A stretch of DNA of 64,000 bases from the NCBI RefSeq assembly GCF_006345805.1, contig NC_043019.1, positions 20,087,360 through 20,151,359 on the forward strand, in the 5' to 3' direction. This document shows, in pieces, positions 1 to 11,895 of this stretch (position 1 is the first letter of the stretch; each line of letters opens with the position of its first letter). A program made the position numbers and the translations under genes. This DNA comes from Octopus sinensis (lineage: Eukaryota). The notes under the pieces were generated by a model. It saw nothing but the letters and a program-made list of their open reading frames with translations. It had not been told where the DNA came from and made no database searches.

Positions 1-239
1 TAAGAGTAGCAGTAGTGGTGGTGGTGGTGGTAGTGGTTGTAGTAACAGCATGTAACAGGATGAGACAGTATACAACATGTACAGGATCCAACATGTATGA
101 GAGAGGCTGACTAGGACTCACATGAAGTGGAAGAATCCTGTCAGTGCCAACAGAATTTTGTGACAGTAGACACAAAAATGATACAAAATACAAGGTGACA
201 GGACTTTGTGATACAGGATTTAGTGAGATGGGATTTTGT

Positions 240-705
240 ATGGAAATTGTAGTTGTGATACCTGAGCCAGTGGCACGTAAAATGCACCATCCATATGTGG
301 CCAATGCCAGTGCCGCCTTGACTGACTTCCGTGTCGGTGGCACGTAAAAAGCACCAACTGATTGTGGCCGTTGCCAGCCTCCCCTGGCACCTGTGCCAGT
401 GGCATATAGAAAGCACCATCCGTATGTGGCTGATGCCAGCGCCACCTTGACTGGCTTCCGTGCCGGTGGCACATAAAAAGCACCAACCGATCGTGGCTGT
501 TGCCAGCCTCCCCTGGCACCTGTGCCAGTGGCACGTAAGAAGCACCCACTACACTCACAGAGTGGTTGGCATTAGGAAGGGCATCCAGCTGTAGAAACAC
601 TACCATATCAAGACTGGAGCCTGGTGCAGCCTCCTGGCTTCCCAGACCCCAGTCAAACCGTCCAACCCATACTAGCATGGAAAACGGAGTTAAACGATGA
701 TGATG
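240..705 (+). mobile_element. Family D (RTE 3'-tail) copy
   Basis: aaaagcacc subrepeats, gtggttggc.ttaggaagggcatccagctgtagaaa, ccatgctagcatgg palindrome, (GAT)n tail. Confidence 0.85.
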
Positions 706-931
706 TGTTACTTAGTGACATTGGATGCAGAGTGACAGGACTTTGTGACAGTACAGTGTAACTTTGACGCTAAATTTAGTGTGACAGAATTTTGTGACAT
801 TGGATGGAGAGACAGTGATCAGAGAGACAGTACAGAGTACAAAACAATGGAGTACATAATCCACAGACAACAGAATTGTAACAGGAAAAAGTTAAACTAT
901 AAATGTCACGGTGGCGCATTATGTCACTTAC

Positions 932-1024
932 CTGATGTGCCATGAACATTAACTTTTGGCTGTTTTCCAAGGAGCAGGAACCACAGGCCATGGTTTGGAC
1001 AGCATTCAAACCTGGTGGAGCAAC
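932..1024 (-). CDS. ABAT: 4-aminobutyrate aminotransferase, coding exon 6 (93 bp); gene continues beyond the left edge
   Basis: Translates [31 protein letters not shown] (vertebrate [22 protein letters not shown]). Acceptor ttgcag, donor gtaagt, phase 0/0. Confidence 0.96.
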
Positions 1025-1179
1025 CTGCAAATTAAAAACAAAGACAGTGAAACTGTGTTAACATCAAGTGAGTCTGAGTTGAAACCAGAACCCAAGGACA
1101 TTGTTGAAGGTTTGTTTGTGTTCATTGGTTGGCAATAATTAATTCAACAGGATGGGTTAACTACCTTGTAACCAAAGGA

Positions 1180-1420
1180 ATGACTCTCTCTCCCCCACCC
1201 TCCCTCTCTCTCTGTCCCCTCTCCCTTCCCCTCGCCTTCCCTCTCCCTCCTCCTCTCTCTCCCTTCCCCTCGCCTTCCCTCTCCCTCCTCCTCTCTCTCC
1301 CTTCCCCTCGCCTTCCCTCTCCCTCCTCCTCTATCTCCCTTCCCCTCGCCTTCCCTCTCCCTCCTCCTCTCTCTCCCTCCTCCTCTCTCTCCCTCTTCCT
1401 CTCTCTCCCTCCCCCTCTCT
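1180..1420. repeat. Polypyrimidine/polypurine tract with a ~38-bp degenerate period
   Basis: ttcccctcgccttccctctccctcctcctctctctccc repeated. Confidence 0.9.
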
Positions 1421-1611
1421 CCCTGGCTGGTCGTTGCACTGGATCAAAGGTAGGAAGGCCAAGATAGAGCCTTTGTTTGCTCATGACAATATAAGGACAT
1501 TAAACAACTAGTGAAACATCGGACTACATGCTACTGAGTTATCCTTGTTTTGGAGTGAGCAGCTATAAGAATTACAGTAGACAGAGTGTATATATATATA
1601 TATGTGTGTGT

Positions 1612-1922
1612 GGAGGCGCAATGGCCCAGTGGTTAGGGCAGCAGACTCATGGTAGTAGGATCGCAGTTTTAATTCCCAGACCGGGCGTTGTGAGTGTTTA
1701 TTGAGTGAAAACATCTAAAGCTCCACGAGGCTCCAGCAGGGGATGGTGGCGATCCCTGCTGTACTTTTTCGCCACAACTTTCTCTCACTCTTTCTTCTGT
1801 TGGCCTGCTCGCTTAGCCAGCAGGGTGGCGTCATTTGAAGGCTAAAACAACGTGAAGCGCATTGTGACCAGCGATGTGTAGCAACATCTGATAGCCTGGT
1901 CAGTTACGGTGATCACAGTGAT
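1612..1922 (+). mobile_element. SINE-A (tRNA-derived head), tail type 1
   Basis: A-box tggcccagtggttag, decayed B-box, shared body, (GTGA)-like tail. Confidence 0.88.
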
Positions 1923-2261
1923 AGATATATATATATGTATGACAGGTTTCTTTCAGTTTTTGTCTACCAAATAAGGCTTTAATCAGAAGACACTTGCCCA
2001 AGGTGTTGCTCAGTGGGACTGAACTCCAAACCATATGGTTGGGAAGCAAGCTTCTTACCATACAGCCATCATCATCATTTTTGTCATCATTGTTCTTACA
2101 TCTAGCAGGGTTTAAAACTCAGAATCATCACTACACCTACTAATGCCACTACCACTGCTGCTGCTACTACTACTTCGGTGCCCTAACCCCTCCCCCACTC
2201 AGTCTCAACCAAATTCCATTTCATGGTACGATGATATGTAATTGAAAGAAGTTGTACTCGC

Positions 2262-2342
2262 CTGAAGTAAAGCAGCTCGAAGTCGGTGGATCCAGTCCTT
2301 TGGAGGGAAACTGCCCAGGGCCGGCCGGTTGATGAAATGGAT
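2262..2342 (-). CDS. ABAT: ABAT coding exon 5 (81 bp), followed by a GC donor
   Basis: IHFINRPALGSFPPKDWIHRLRAALLQ contains the NRPALG motif. Acceptor cttttcaag, donor CAG|GCGAGT. Joins its neighbours in frame. Confidence 0.94.
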
Positions 2343-2439
2343 CTTGAAAAGGGAAATAGAGATAATGAGAGTGAGAAAGAAACACTAAGAAAGCGAGTGG
2401 GGAGGGGTACAAGTTCATATTTAAGTCAGTTGACAGAAA

Positions 2440-2612
2440 ACATCATCGTCATGATTATAAATCATTGTCATCATCATGATCATCATCATCATCATGACCA
2501 CCACCAACATCATCATGACCACCACCACCAACATCATCATGACCACCACCACCAACATCATCATGACCACCACCACCAACATCATCATGACCACCACCAC
2601 CATCGTCATCAT
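2440..2612. repeat. 21-bp CAT/CAC minisatellite
   Basis: catcatcatgaccaccaccaa x5. Confidence 0.9.
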
Positions 2613-3699
2613 AGTTGTTGCCATCATTGGTTTTACATCTGTTCTTGTTTCCAATCAGGCAGTATTGTACAAGACTTATAGAAGCAGTATTCCAGGATGG
2701 GATATCCTTCCTGATGCAAACCCTTAATTGTAGGTATTTTCAAGGTAGTTAAAATCCTTTAATATTTGGATTACTCTGTTAGATGTAATACTTATTTATC
2801 ATATTTGCACTGTTTTGAATTAATCATGTATTATCTCGTAGCTTTGAAATTTCAATGATGTGTTTGCTTATATTTAGAATGATATTTGTAGGGTATGTGT
2901 GAGAGGCTGGATCTGGCTGGTTTGAATATAAAACAAGTAGAATATTTGAGTCAGATATGACTGGTTCAAATGTTAAAATCTTAAGGTATATTTAGTGATT
3001 GGTCCTCACAAGTTGAAATTAATGAAAGTGCTGAGCTAATGCAATGTATTGTTGACAGGAGATATAAACAAGTGTTACTGTTTTTGTTTAAATGGTGTCA
3101 ATGCAAGAACATGCATTCAAGAATATAAAGACGTTCTTAAGCCCAACACACATGCAGAGTCAAAAAGAAAACACTACCTTTCACCAGCACACTGGGGTTG
3201 GCACTGCATGAATGACAGTGCTCTCTCTTCCTAGCATGAAGCTTCCTTTCTCAGATGTGCTGGTACTGTGAAGCGCACAGTTCTATACAAGGATTTTTGT
3301 ATTTTTTTCATAAACTAGAGGAAGGCTACTGACATTAAGCTTAAGGATTATATAATGTACAAGTATAAAGAAAGAATTAAAGAAAAAGGCACTCATTATA
3401 TTGAATGGTATCGATAATATCAAGTGGAAATAGGGGGTGCTGCAGTTACACAGTGCCTATACACGAGCCACTTCTGGTACCCTAGTTGGTGTGCTAATGG
3501 TTCTATATCACTGCCTTCAGATTCCTTATAGAACACATGCATCATTTAATATGTTTAGGTTTAGACTTGGTACATCGTGTCTCCATGGGTTGTAAGAAGG
3601 TGACTGAAAGGGCAACAGGCTGTAAAACGTTGCCTCAAAAAGTACCGTTCAACACATCAACCCATGCCAGCACAGAAAACAAGATGTAAAACATATCAA

Positions 3700-3703
3700 T
3701 GCC

Positions 3704-3769
<66 letters not shown>

Positions 3770-3834
3770 GGATTATGATGATGATGATGATGATGATGAG
3801 ATGATGATGATGATGATGATGATGGATTATGATG

Positions 3835-3872
<38 letters not shown>

Positions 3873-3905
3873 TTATGATGATGATGATGATGATGGATTA
3901 TGATG

Positions 3906-3943
<38 letters not shown>

Positions 3944-4110
3944 TTATGATGTTGTTGGTGGTGGTGTTGACGATGATCACAATGATGATGATGATGATGA
4001 TGATAATGATGGTGTAGGTGATGACGATGGTGATGATGATGTTGAACGGTAATGGTTTTGTTGTTGTTGGTGATGATGGTCATAGTGGTGATCATGATGA
4101 TGATTATGAA
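3700..4110. repeat. (GAT)n/(GGT)n compound microsatellite
   Basis: Direct reading. Confidence 0.95.
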
Positions 4111-4153
4111 CACAACAGATATCAGATTAAAAAAGACGATTTTAGATTCTCAC

Positions 4154-4203
4154 CCTGTTTCTGGGTTCATTTAAGGCCATTTCAAGTCGTGGGTGATTGT
4201 AAC
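4154..4203 (-). CDS. ABAT: ABAT coding exon 4 (50 bp)
   Basis: (G)YNHPRLEMALNEPRNR resembles GYSHPALL. Acceptor ccctttcag, donor gtgaga, phase 1/0. Confidence 0.93.
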
Positions 4204-4289
4204 CTGAAAGGGAATTTAAATAAACGTCAACAATATTTAGGGAGAGAAAAATTACAAGAGTTGGATGAAAAGATCATAGGTTGACCAAG

Positions 4290-5100
4290 ATACTCTTATG
4301 GATGTGACCAAATGAGGTTTATTTTTCAACATAGACCCCCACCCCTCGTGGTCCACATGCTTCTTCCATTAGTGTTGCAGTGCTTGGACCCCATGGGTGA
4401 AAAAGCTTTCATCCTGTTGATTAAAAAAGTCATCAACAGCAGATACGACATCATCATCATCATCATCACCAAGTGTTTTCTCATGTTGGGTACCAATGGC
4501 ATGATGAAGGTTCCCCCTCTCAGTGGGGGCCGGAGAGTGATCAATCAATGCAAAACCACAGTCATGCACAGCAGCTACTGACTGAAACCAAGGACTTGTG
4601 TGCTGGAGCAAGGTCCTGATGAAACAAGATCCCTTTTGACAGTTTTTCCTGGATTTTGGCCTTGATAGGCTTTTGTAACTGCCTCAGCGGTGAGCTGGCA
4701 GAAACGTTAGCACGCCAGGCGAAATGTGCAGCCGTATTTTGTCTGCTGTTACATTCTGAGTTCAAATTCCGCCGAGGTCGACTTTGCCTTTCATCCTTTC
4801 AGGGTCGATAAATTAAGTACCAGTTATGCACTGGGGTCGATATAATCGACTTAATCCATTTGTCTTTCTTTGTTCATCCCTCTGTGTTTAGCCCCTTGTG
4901 GGTAGCACAGAAATAGGTATAGCACCTACCATTGATGGTGTGGCCCTTTTGAAGATAATTAATAAACACAATGTCTTTTGTATCCTAAAAAAAACTGAAG
5001 CCATCACCTTCCCTGCAGATAAAACGACCTTAGCTCTCTTTGGAGAAGGTGAGGTGGGGTGCTTTCACTGCATGGACTATCTGTGGGTTGAGAAATATCC
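4290..5100 (-). mobile_element. Decayed mariner (DD34D) transposase relic, interrupted by a SINE-C
   Basis: Fragments ILFHQDLAPAHKSLV and AAVHDCGFALIDH...VVSAVDDFFNQQDESFFTHGVQALQH, typical of the mariner C-terminus. Frameshifted. Confidence 0.85.
4686..4920 (+). mobile_element. SINE-C monomer
   Basis: A-box tggcagaaacgttag, B-box gagttcaaattcc, gcctttcatcctttc.gggtcgataaa body, ends aaataggtat. Confidence 0.9.
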
Positions 5101-5189
5101 ATGGAAACTAGCTGGATCTGCTTCAAACAATGTCAGATTTTCCTGCAATGTGATTGGCTTGGTGCACTTTTGGTTAGGTATCAGAAGAC

Positions 5190-5492
5190 ATGGAGACCCA
5201 CTGCCAGTGCTGCTGGACTGGCTCCTGTGCAGGTGGCACGTAAAAAACACCATTTTTGTGCATAGCCATTGCCAGTACCGCCAGACTGGCCCTTGTGCCA
5301 GTGGCGCTTTAAAAGCACCCACTACACTCTCGGAGTGGTTGGCGTTAGGAAGGGCATCCAGCTGTAGAAACTCTGCCAGATCAGATTGGAGCCTGGTGCA
5401 GCCATCTGGTTCGCCAGTCCTCGGTCAAATCGTCCAACCCATGCTAGCATGGAAAGCAGACGTTAAACGATGATGATGATGATGATGATGAA
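5190..5492 (+). mobile_element. Family D copy
   Basis: Same motifs and tail. Confidence 0.85.
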
Positions 5493-5565
5493 TATACATA
5501 TGGTAGACAGATGGACTGATTTATTGATGGACAGAGAAACAGGCAAACAATGGCAGGCAACTTAC

Positions 5566-5683
5566 CAAGAGGAATGGAGGCAATCATAGTGTAGAAATCG
5601 AGAAGGACGTTACCATCGATGTCAGCAATGTAGTTCCCTTGACTCTTGTGGAAGTCTACAAAGAACTGAACAGCTCCAGCATT
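5566..5683 (-). CDS. ABAT: ABAT coding exon 3 (118 bp)
   Basis: [39 protein letters not shown](G) resembles [40 protein letters not shown]. Acceptor ccacag, donor gtaagt. Confidence 0.97.
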
Positions 5684-5886
5684 CTGTGGATTTGGGAAGA
5701 GAGATTAAAGGAGATTAGCAAAAGTGGTAGAGGTGATAGTGGTGGTGGTGGTGATGGTGGAAGTGGTTGTATGGTAGTTTGGTGTGGTGGTAGTAGTAGT
5801 GGTACTGTTATACATTCTTTTTTAACCACACACATACACATATACACGTATATACATTCACATATACGTGTGTGTGTATATATATA

Positions 5887-5915
<29 letters not shown>

Positions 5916-5917
<2 letters not shown>

Positions 5918-6132
5918 CTTAATAATTAGGGTTCAGCAAAGATTTGCTGTACCACATACCGAAGTTTAGAAATAGCAGCTAAAACCTTAGCTATTTCTTC
6001 TACTTTAAAAAGGGACTCCCAGAGAAACCAAAATACTTTTTAAAGTAGAAGAAATAGCTAAGGTTTTGGCTGCTATTTCTAAACTTCGGTATGTGGTAAA
6101 GCAAATCTTTGCTGAACCCTAATTATTAAGTA
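5916..6132. repeat. Foldback hairpin, ~95-bp arms
   Basis: tacttaataattagggttcagc...gctgaaccctaattattaagta. Confidence 0.92.
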
Positions 6133-6511
6133 TTACTTAAGTTTACCGTGAAATGGTCCTTTTTTCATGCCGAATTCTACTTGGTGAAATTATTGATTAC
6201 TTCTTAATTAATTAATTTTACCCTTCGTTATTATATATATATATATATTCCCATATACATATATATGCATTCACATATACAGGAACACACATACACACAC
6301 ACATATACATATATATATATATATATATATATGCACACCAGCCATATATAAACATATATATACATCAATCATACACACCACCAATCTCACACAACCACAC
6401 ATACACGCACACACAAACACACACCCACACACCACAACCACTACCACCACCATATATACAGATTTGTACTCACACTAATCATTTATACACACCAACCATA
6501 TATATACATAC

Positions 6512-6639
6512 CTGGATGGTGTTTAATTCAGATTTATATTCCAAAGATTTTGGTCCAGGAATTGCTGTTTGTACTGTTGGAAAATCTGGTTCTCTTGGGC
6601 TTAATTTTGCAGTAGTTGAGGCAGCAAGTGCTCTTTTGC
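6512..6639 (-). CDS. ABAT: ABAT coding exon 2 (128 bp)
   Basis: KRALAASTTAKLSPREPDFPTVQTAIPGPKSLEYKSELNTIQ has the EP..P...T.IPGPKS motif. Acceptor tttaatttcag, donor gtatgt, phase 1/0. Confidence 0.93.
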
Positions 6640-6777
6640 CTGAAATTAAAAAATTTTGAGAAAATGGTCAGAGTAATAAACAGTATTTAGAAGTATTGTG
6701 AGCAGTGTGTCCTTGAGCAAGACAATCAGTGGCCTAATGAAAGAAAGAGACACGCAACACATTTGCCAGAAGTTACA

Positions 6778-7305
6778 TCATCATCATTGTCATCCATTTA
6801 ACGTCCGTTTTCCATGCTAGCATGAGTTGGACGGTTCGACCGGGGTCTGGGAAGCCAGGAGGCTGCACCAGGCTCCAGTCTGATCTGGCAGTGTTTCTAC
6901 AGCTGGATGCCCTTCCTAACACCAACCACTCCGTGAGTGTAGTGGGTGCTTTTTACGTGCCCCCGGCACAGGGACCAGATGAGGCTGGCAAACGCCCACG
7001 ATCGGTTGGTGCTTTTAAGTGCCACTGGCACAGGTGCCAGGGGAGTCTGGCAACGGCCACAATCGGTTGGTGCTTTTTACATGCCACTGGCACGGAAGCC
7101 AGTCAAGGCAGCGCTGGCATCGGCCTCGTATGAATGGTGCTTTTTGCATGCCACCGGCACAGGTGCCAGGGGAGGCTGGCAATAGCCACCTCTCCAGATC
7201 AGACTGGAGCCTGGTGCAGCCTCCTGGAATCCCAGACCCCAGTTGAACCGTCCAACCCATGCTAGCATGGAAAGCGGACGTTAAACAATGATGATGATGA
7301 TGATG
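6778..7305. mobile_element. Two family D copies in inverted arrangement (minus 6778-7110, plus 7130-7305)
   Basis: (CAT)n at the left end, (GAT)n at the right end, complementary arms. Confidence 0.85.
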
Positions 7306-7525
7306 ATATATATGATATATATGTATTTAATTTACTCTGCCAAAGTTTCCATAAGAAATCTTGCTTTTTGCCGAGAGAGGCATAAACGTAATCTAGTGTG
7401 TTTACTTCTTCGGGATCATTTTGTGAGTATTGACTCACTTTGATACTCCTTCAGTGTTACCACGCACAGGGAGTCATGTTTCTGCATGTCTCGCTGACTG
7501 TGTGTGCGTATGTGTGTGTGTGTGT

Positions 7526-7564
<39 letters not shown>

Positions 7565-7657
7565 GTATATATATAGGGAGAGTTTACAAAAAAAAACAAA
7601 AGGCGAAGACAGGTGGTGTACAAAACAAACAGATGTATTAGTATAATGCTATAAATA

Positions 7658-7763
<106 letters not shown>

Positions 7764-8272
7764 TATTGTTATTTATATATATATGTGTGTGTATGTTTGT
7801 GTATGAGTGTTAGTATGGGAGTGTGTGTACTGATACAGACATTTATAGTTGTGTGTGTGTATATATGTATGTATGTATGTATGCATGTATGTATGTATGT
7901 ATGTATGTATGTATGTATGTATGTATGTGTGTATCATGTACATATGCAAATGTATATGTGTGTGTATTTGTGTATGAGTGTTTGTTCATTATTTTTGTTG
8001 TCCTGGCATCTGCACTGAATAATCTGATCTATGACAATAATAACTTAGTTGCCAGGCCTTCAGGATGGCCATGTTAAGGACTCAATGTGTACACCCACAC
8101 ACCCACACAAATTACACATACATAGTCATGAACACTCATTTATATATGTATACTTTTATCTTCAGTTTTATATATAGAGAGAGATAAAGAGGAAATGTGT
8201 GGAAGAGAAAGTTACAGTTTAGAAGAGGAGGTGTAGTTCGGTTTCTTGGAGTAGGGTGCGTGAAAAGTTTAT

Positions 8273-8730
8273 GGACCTTTTCTGTTTGAACAGCAGTTTT
8301 TTAAAATAATTTCCATGTAACTAAACACTTTTAAACTTCGTATACCGGTAGAATGTGTTTATAAAACATCTTTTCCTCTTGGCTTTATTGAGAAAATTCT
8401 ATAGTTTGTAAGATATTTATTGGTTTTTTTTTGTTCAATTTCTGCAATTTCAACCAATCAATGACGTCTATTGAGGTGAAAACATTCTGTGCCGTATGAA
8501 TATGTCCCTCGTTTAAGAAACAGATTGGGTTTATTTACATTTCTAAAGAAAAAAAAATACCCTCCCCCCCACCGCACCCCTAACCCTAACCCTAACCCTA
8601 ACTAACCTTAACTTTAACCCTAACCCTAAAGCAGATTGAAATGCAATAGATCGATACTAGGATCATAATTATGGGTGACAATTTCATATGACACTGCTAG
8701 AAAATACTGCCGTTCAAACCGAAAAGATCC
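8273..8730. mobile_element. MITE with GG termini and 8-bp TSD (Merlin-like) containing (TAACCC)n
   Basis: TIR GGATCTTTTCGGTTTGAACGGCAG (left copy degenerate); TSD aagtttat on both sides. Confidence 0.85.
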
Positions 8731-8769
8731 AAGTTTATTGTTACATGTGGGTGGGACACAACGCTTGTA

Positions 8770-9045
8770 GCACTCAGTTTTGCTGATGAGGGCGAGTCTT
8801 CTCTAGAACCTCATATCACCAAACATCTCAGTCCATTGTCATTTCCTCCATGAGCCTTAACATTCTAAGATCAGTCCTCACCACTTTATTCCATGCTTTC
8901 CTGGGTCTCGCTCTTCCACAGGTACCATCCACTTTCAGTGATAGGCACTTCTGTATACAGCTGTCTTTACCTATATACATCACTTGTCCAAACCAACACA
9001 TTCTTCTCTCCTGCATACCACATTTAAACCCTCTTATGCCTAACT
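8770..9045 (-). mobile_element. RTE LINE C-terminal fragment
   Basis: MQERRMCWFGQV...VDGTCGRARPRKAWNKVVRTDL matches the RTE RLRW.GHV...GRPRKTW region. Confidence 0.85.
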
Positions 9046-9077
9046 GTTGCATGTATGTATGTATTTGTGTATATAGG

Positions 9078-9570
9078 TGGAGAAGGATTGTGCACGAGGG
9101 GACAGCTACTTTTGAGAAATCTCGAGTTGTGCATGAGAAAGTAAGGAGGGATGTCAAGAAGGGCATCGCTGTTATACTTCCAAATGGAAAGAGTCTTCCT
9201 ACGATGCTGACATGCAGTGTCTGTGCAAGACCCTGCCTCAGTAAAGCTGAACTCAAGAGTAATCTTCGTAGTCATAAAGCGAGACAGAGAGTGATAACCT
9301 GGCCACTGGTGGTGGTGTTGCACACCATACTAATCATATCTGTCAGGCATATGGAAGAGAGTGTAATTTGGCAGGAGGACTTAAATGACATGCAAAGGTA
9401 CATGAAGCCCAGTTACAACTACAGCCGGCTATTACCGGTAAAGGTTTTAGCTGCCAATTCTGTACAAGACAGTGTAGATCTTTAGCTGGGCTAAAAAGTC
9501 ACATTCGATCACAGCACCAATAACAGTTAAGCTTCGTGCAATGGCCATACTCGATAACGAGGGGGGCAGC
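9078..9570 (+). mobile_element. RTE-BovB-like LINE 3' end with three C-terminal zinc-finger-like motifs
   Basis: WRRIVHEGTATFEKSR...CSVCARPCLSKAELKSNLRSH, frameshift, then CQAYGREC...GLK*HAKVH and CQFCTRQCRSLAGLKSHIRSQH*, followed by a short 3' UTR. Confidence 0.75.
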
Positions 9571-9842
9571 CATCATTTGTGTATATATGTATGTGTAAAG
9601 CGATGTGCTGGCAGAATCCTTAGCACATCAGACAAAATGCTAAGTGGCATTTCTTCTAACTCATTAGGTTCTAAGTTCAAATTGTCCTAAGATCAGCTTT
9701 GCCTTTTCGCTCTTTCAGTGGTGATGGGGGTGGGGAATTGATAAGATAAATACCAGGTGATCAATGGGGCTGATGTAATTGAGTACTCCCCTTTCCTGCC
9801 AGAAAATTTCAGGCCTTGTACCTGAATAATATGTATAAATGT

Positions 9843-9874
<32 letters not shown>

Positions 9875-10151
9875 GTTGTTCAGGCATCCACACTGAATAA
9901 ACTGATCACTGATAACAAGTTATTTGAGGTACTTCAGGATTGCCATATCTCTGTACATGCACACACACACACATGATTGAACACACACAGGTATATTCAA
10001 ATGCCCACACATACACAAATACACACGCATACATACAGACATATACTCATATACACACACATACATACAGACATATACTCATATACACACACATACATAC
10101 AGACATATACTCATATGCACACACACATACATACAGACATATACTCATATG

Positions 10152-10223
<72 letters not shown>

Positions 10224-10226
10224 TCA

Positions 10227-10258
<32 letters not shown>

Positions 10259-11170
10259 GGCGCTCAGACACACACATGCATGCACACACAATACACACAC
10301 ATCTACATATGTACATACACATACACATATACATATACATGTATTCTTTATATAAGTATGTATGCTTGGTAGGTTTAGAGGGGTTTACTTTTAGTTCCTC
10401 TGTCCCCCCCCCTATTACCCCACCTTCATTATGACCCACTTGACCCCTCCAAAGGAAACAAAATTCAACAACAACAACGAAATTCCCATATTCTATGTGA
10501 ATATTTGGTTCCATCACCATGGTAACCATCTTAAGGATGTGAGAGAGACAATGGAGAAATAACTCTTGTTTGTTGTTGTCACATGTGTCAATGAGTGTAT
10601 TATCATTTAAGTGTAGAGTGAAGGTGTTTGAAAGGGTGTAGGGCCTCTAGCAAAGGCACTCTGCTGAAATCAATGTACTGTATGTTGCTGTTATTGTTTC
10701 TTTTCTTTTTCTCTCTTGATCTCAGATCCTTGCTATCTTAAAAGAGAAAGGACACATCTCTATATATAAAGCTGAAGTTGTCTGTGTATAGCAGGTTTGG
10801 TAGCCTTCAACTAACACTATCTCCTCCGAGACCCTGTGGAGCAAGTTGACCAAAATTGAGATTATGATAGAAGAAGGCCTGCTCTTCCTTCCGTAGAAGA
10901 AAAAATTCAAATCGGACCATGTTTTAACACCAAAAATTATTTACATCAAAAAGGTGCTTTTATTCTACTTTTTACAATTTCTTGACTGCTGTGTCACCAT
11001 TTTTCGGAATATTTCAACTAGAAAAATATTCACTTAAAGAGAATAACAAACTATATAATGCAAAATTTTTACTTTTCAAAAATTCCAATTCTAAAGGGTC
11101 AAAACAAACCCGAGCAATGCCAGGCAATACTGCTAGTTAGATAATATAGTCCTAATCATACTATTGTAGG

Positions 11171-11212
<42 letters not shown>

Positions 11213-11289
11213 GATAATATAAGAGGTATGATGAGTATAACAGCTGGAATATTTTTTTTTGTTTATAGACCTACTGGACTAGGGCTGGC

Positions 11290-11895
11290 CTGAGGTCAAA
11301 CAACAACAATAGTAACAACAATCACTATTGTCACCATCATCATCCTCATAATCAGTCTGTTGTGGCAAAACTGATTAGTGCTTGTCAATAACAGCAATAA
11401 CAACAACAGCAGCAACAGTATTAGTGGAAGCAGCAGCTTGGGACATTAATCATCTCTTGTCATCATCACTGACATTATCCATTTTGCAAAGAACTTGAAT
11501 TCTAAGAAGGAATCTATTGGAAACTACCACCAACACTCCCACCACAACTACTGACACTACCAGCACCACAACACCACTAACACCATCACTATAATAATTA
11601 TCACCACAACTACCACCAGCTGTAACATCACCACCACCACCACCACAACCATTAACGCTACTGATACTACTGTTACAACCACAACACCCACAATTGTTGC
11701 TGCTAACCCCACCGTAATTACCACTACTACTAACACCACCAGCAGCAACACCAACAGCAGCAGCACCACCACTACCACCAACACCACCGCCACCACCACA
11801 ACTACCACCACAACCACTACCACCACCACTGATACTACTGTCACAACCACAACCACTAACATCACCACTGTAATTTTCATCACTACCACCATTGC
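11290..11895. repeat. Degenerate (CAC/CAA)n tract
   Basis: Direct reading; source of the poly-V and poly-G ORFs. Confidence 0.9.

Noticed and set aside
1612-1700. tRNA genes
   Set aside because: All tRNA-like A/B-box sequences are SINE heads without a complete cloverleaf.
7439-7487. Alternative ABAT start exon MQKHDSLCVVTLKEYQ with a gtgagt donor in phase 1
   Set aside because: No acceptor, starts in a (CA)n tract and is not presequence-like; 16444-16549 is a much better candidate.
8578-8630. (TAACCC)n as a true telomere or fusion scar
   Set aside because: Short and internal to a MITE present in three copies.
10726-10955. Strong plus-strand acceptor followed by unique sequence
   Set aside because: Stops in all three frames; could be a UTR exon of the nested gene but unsupported.
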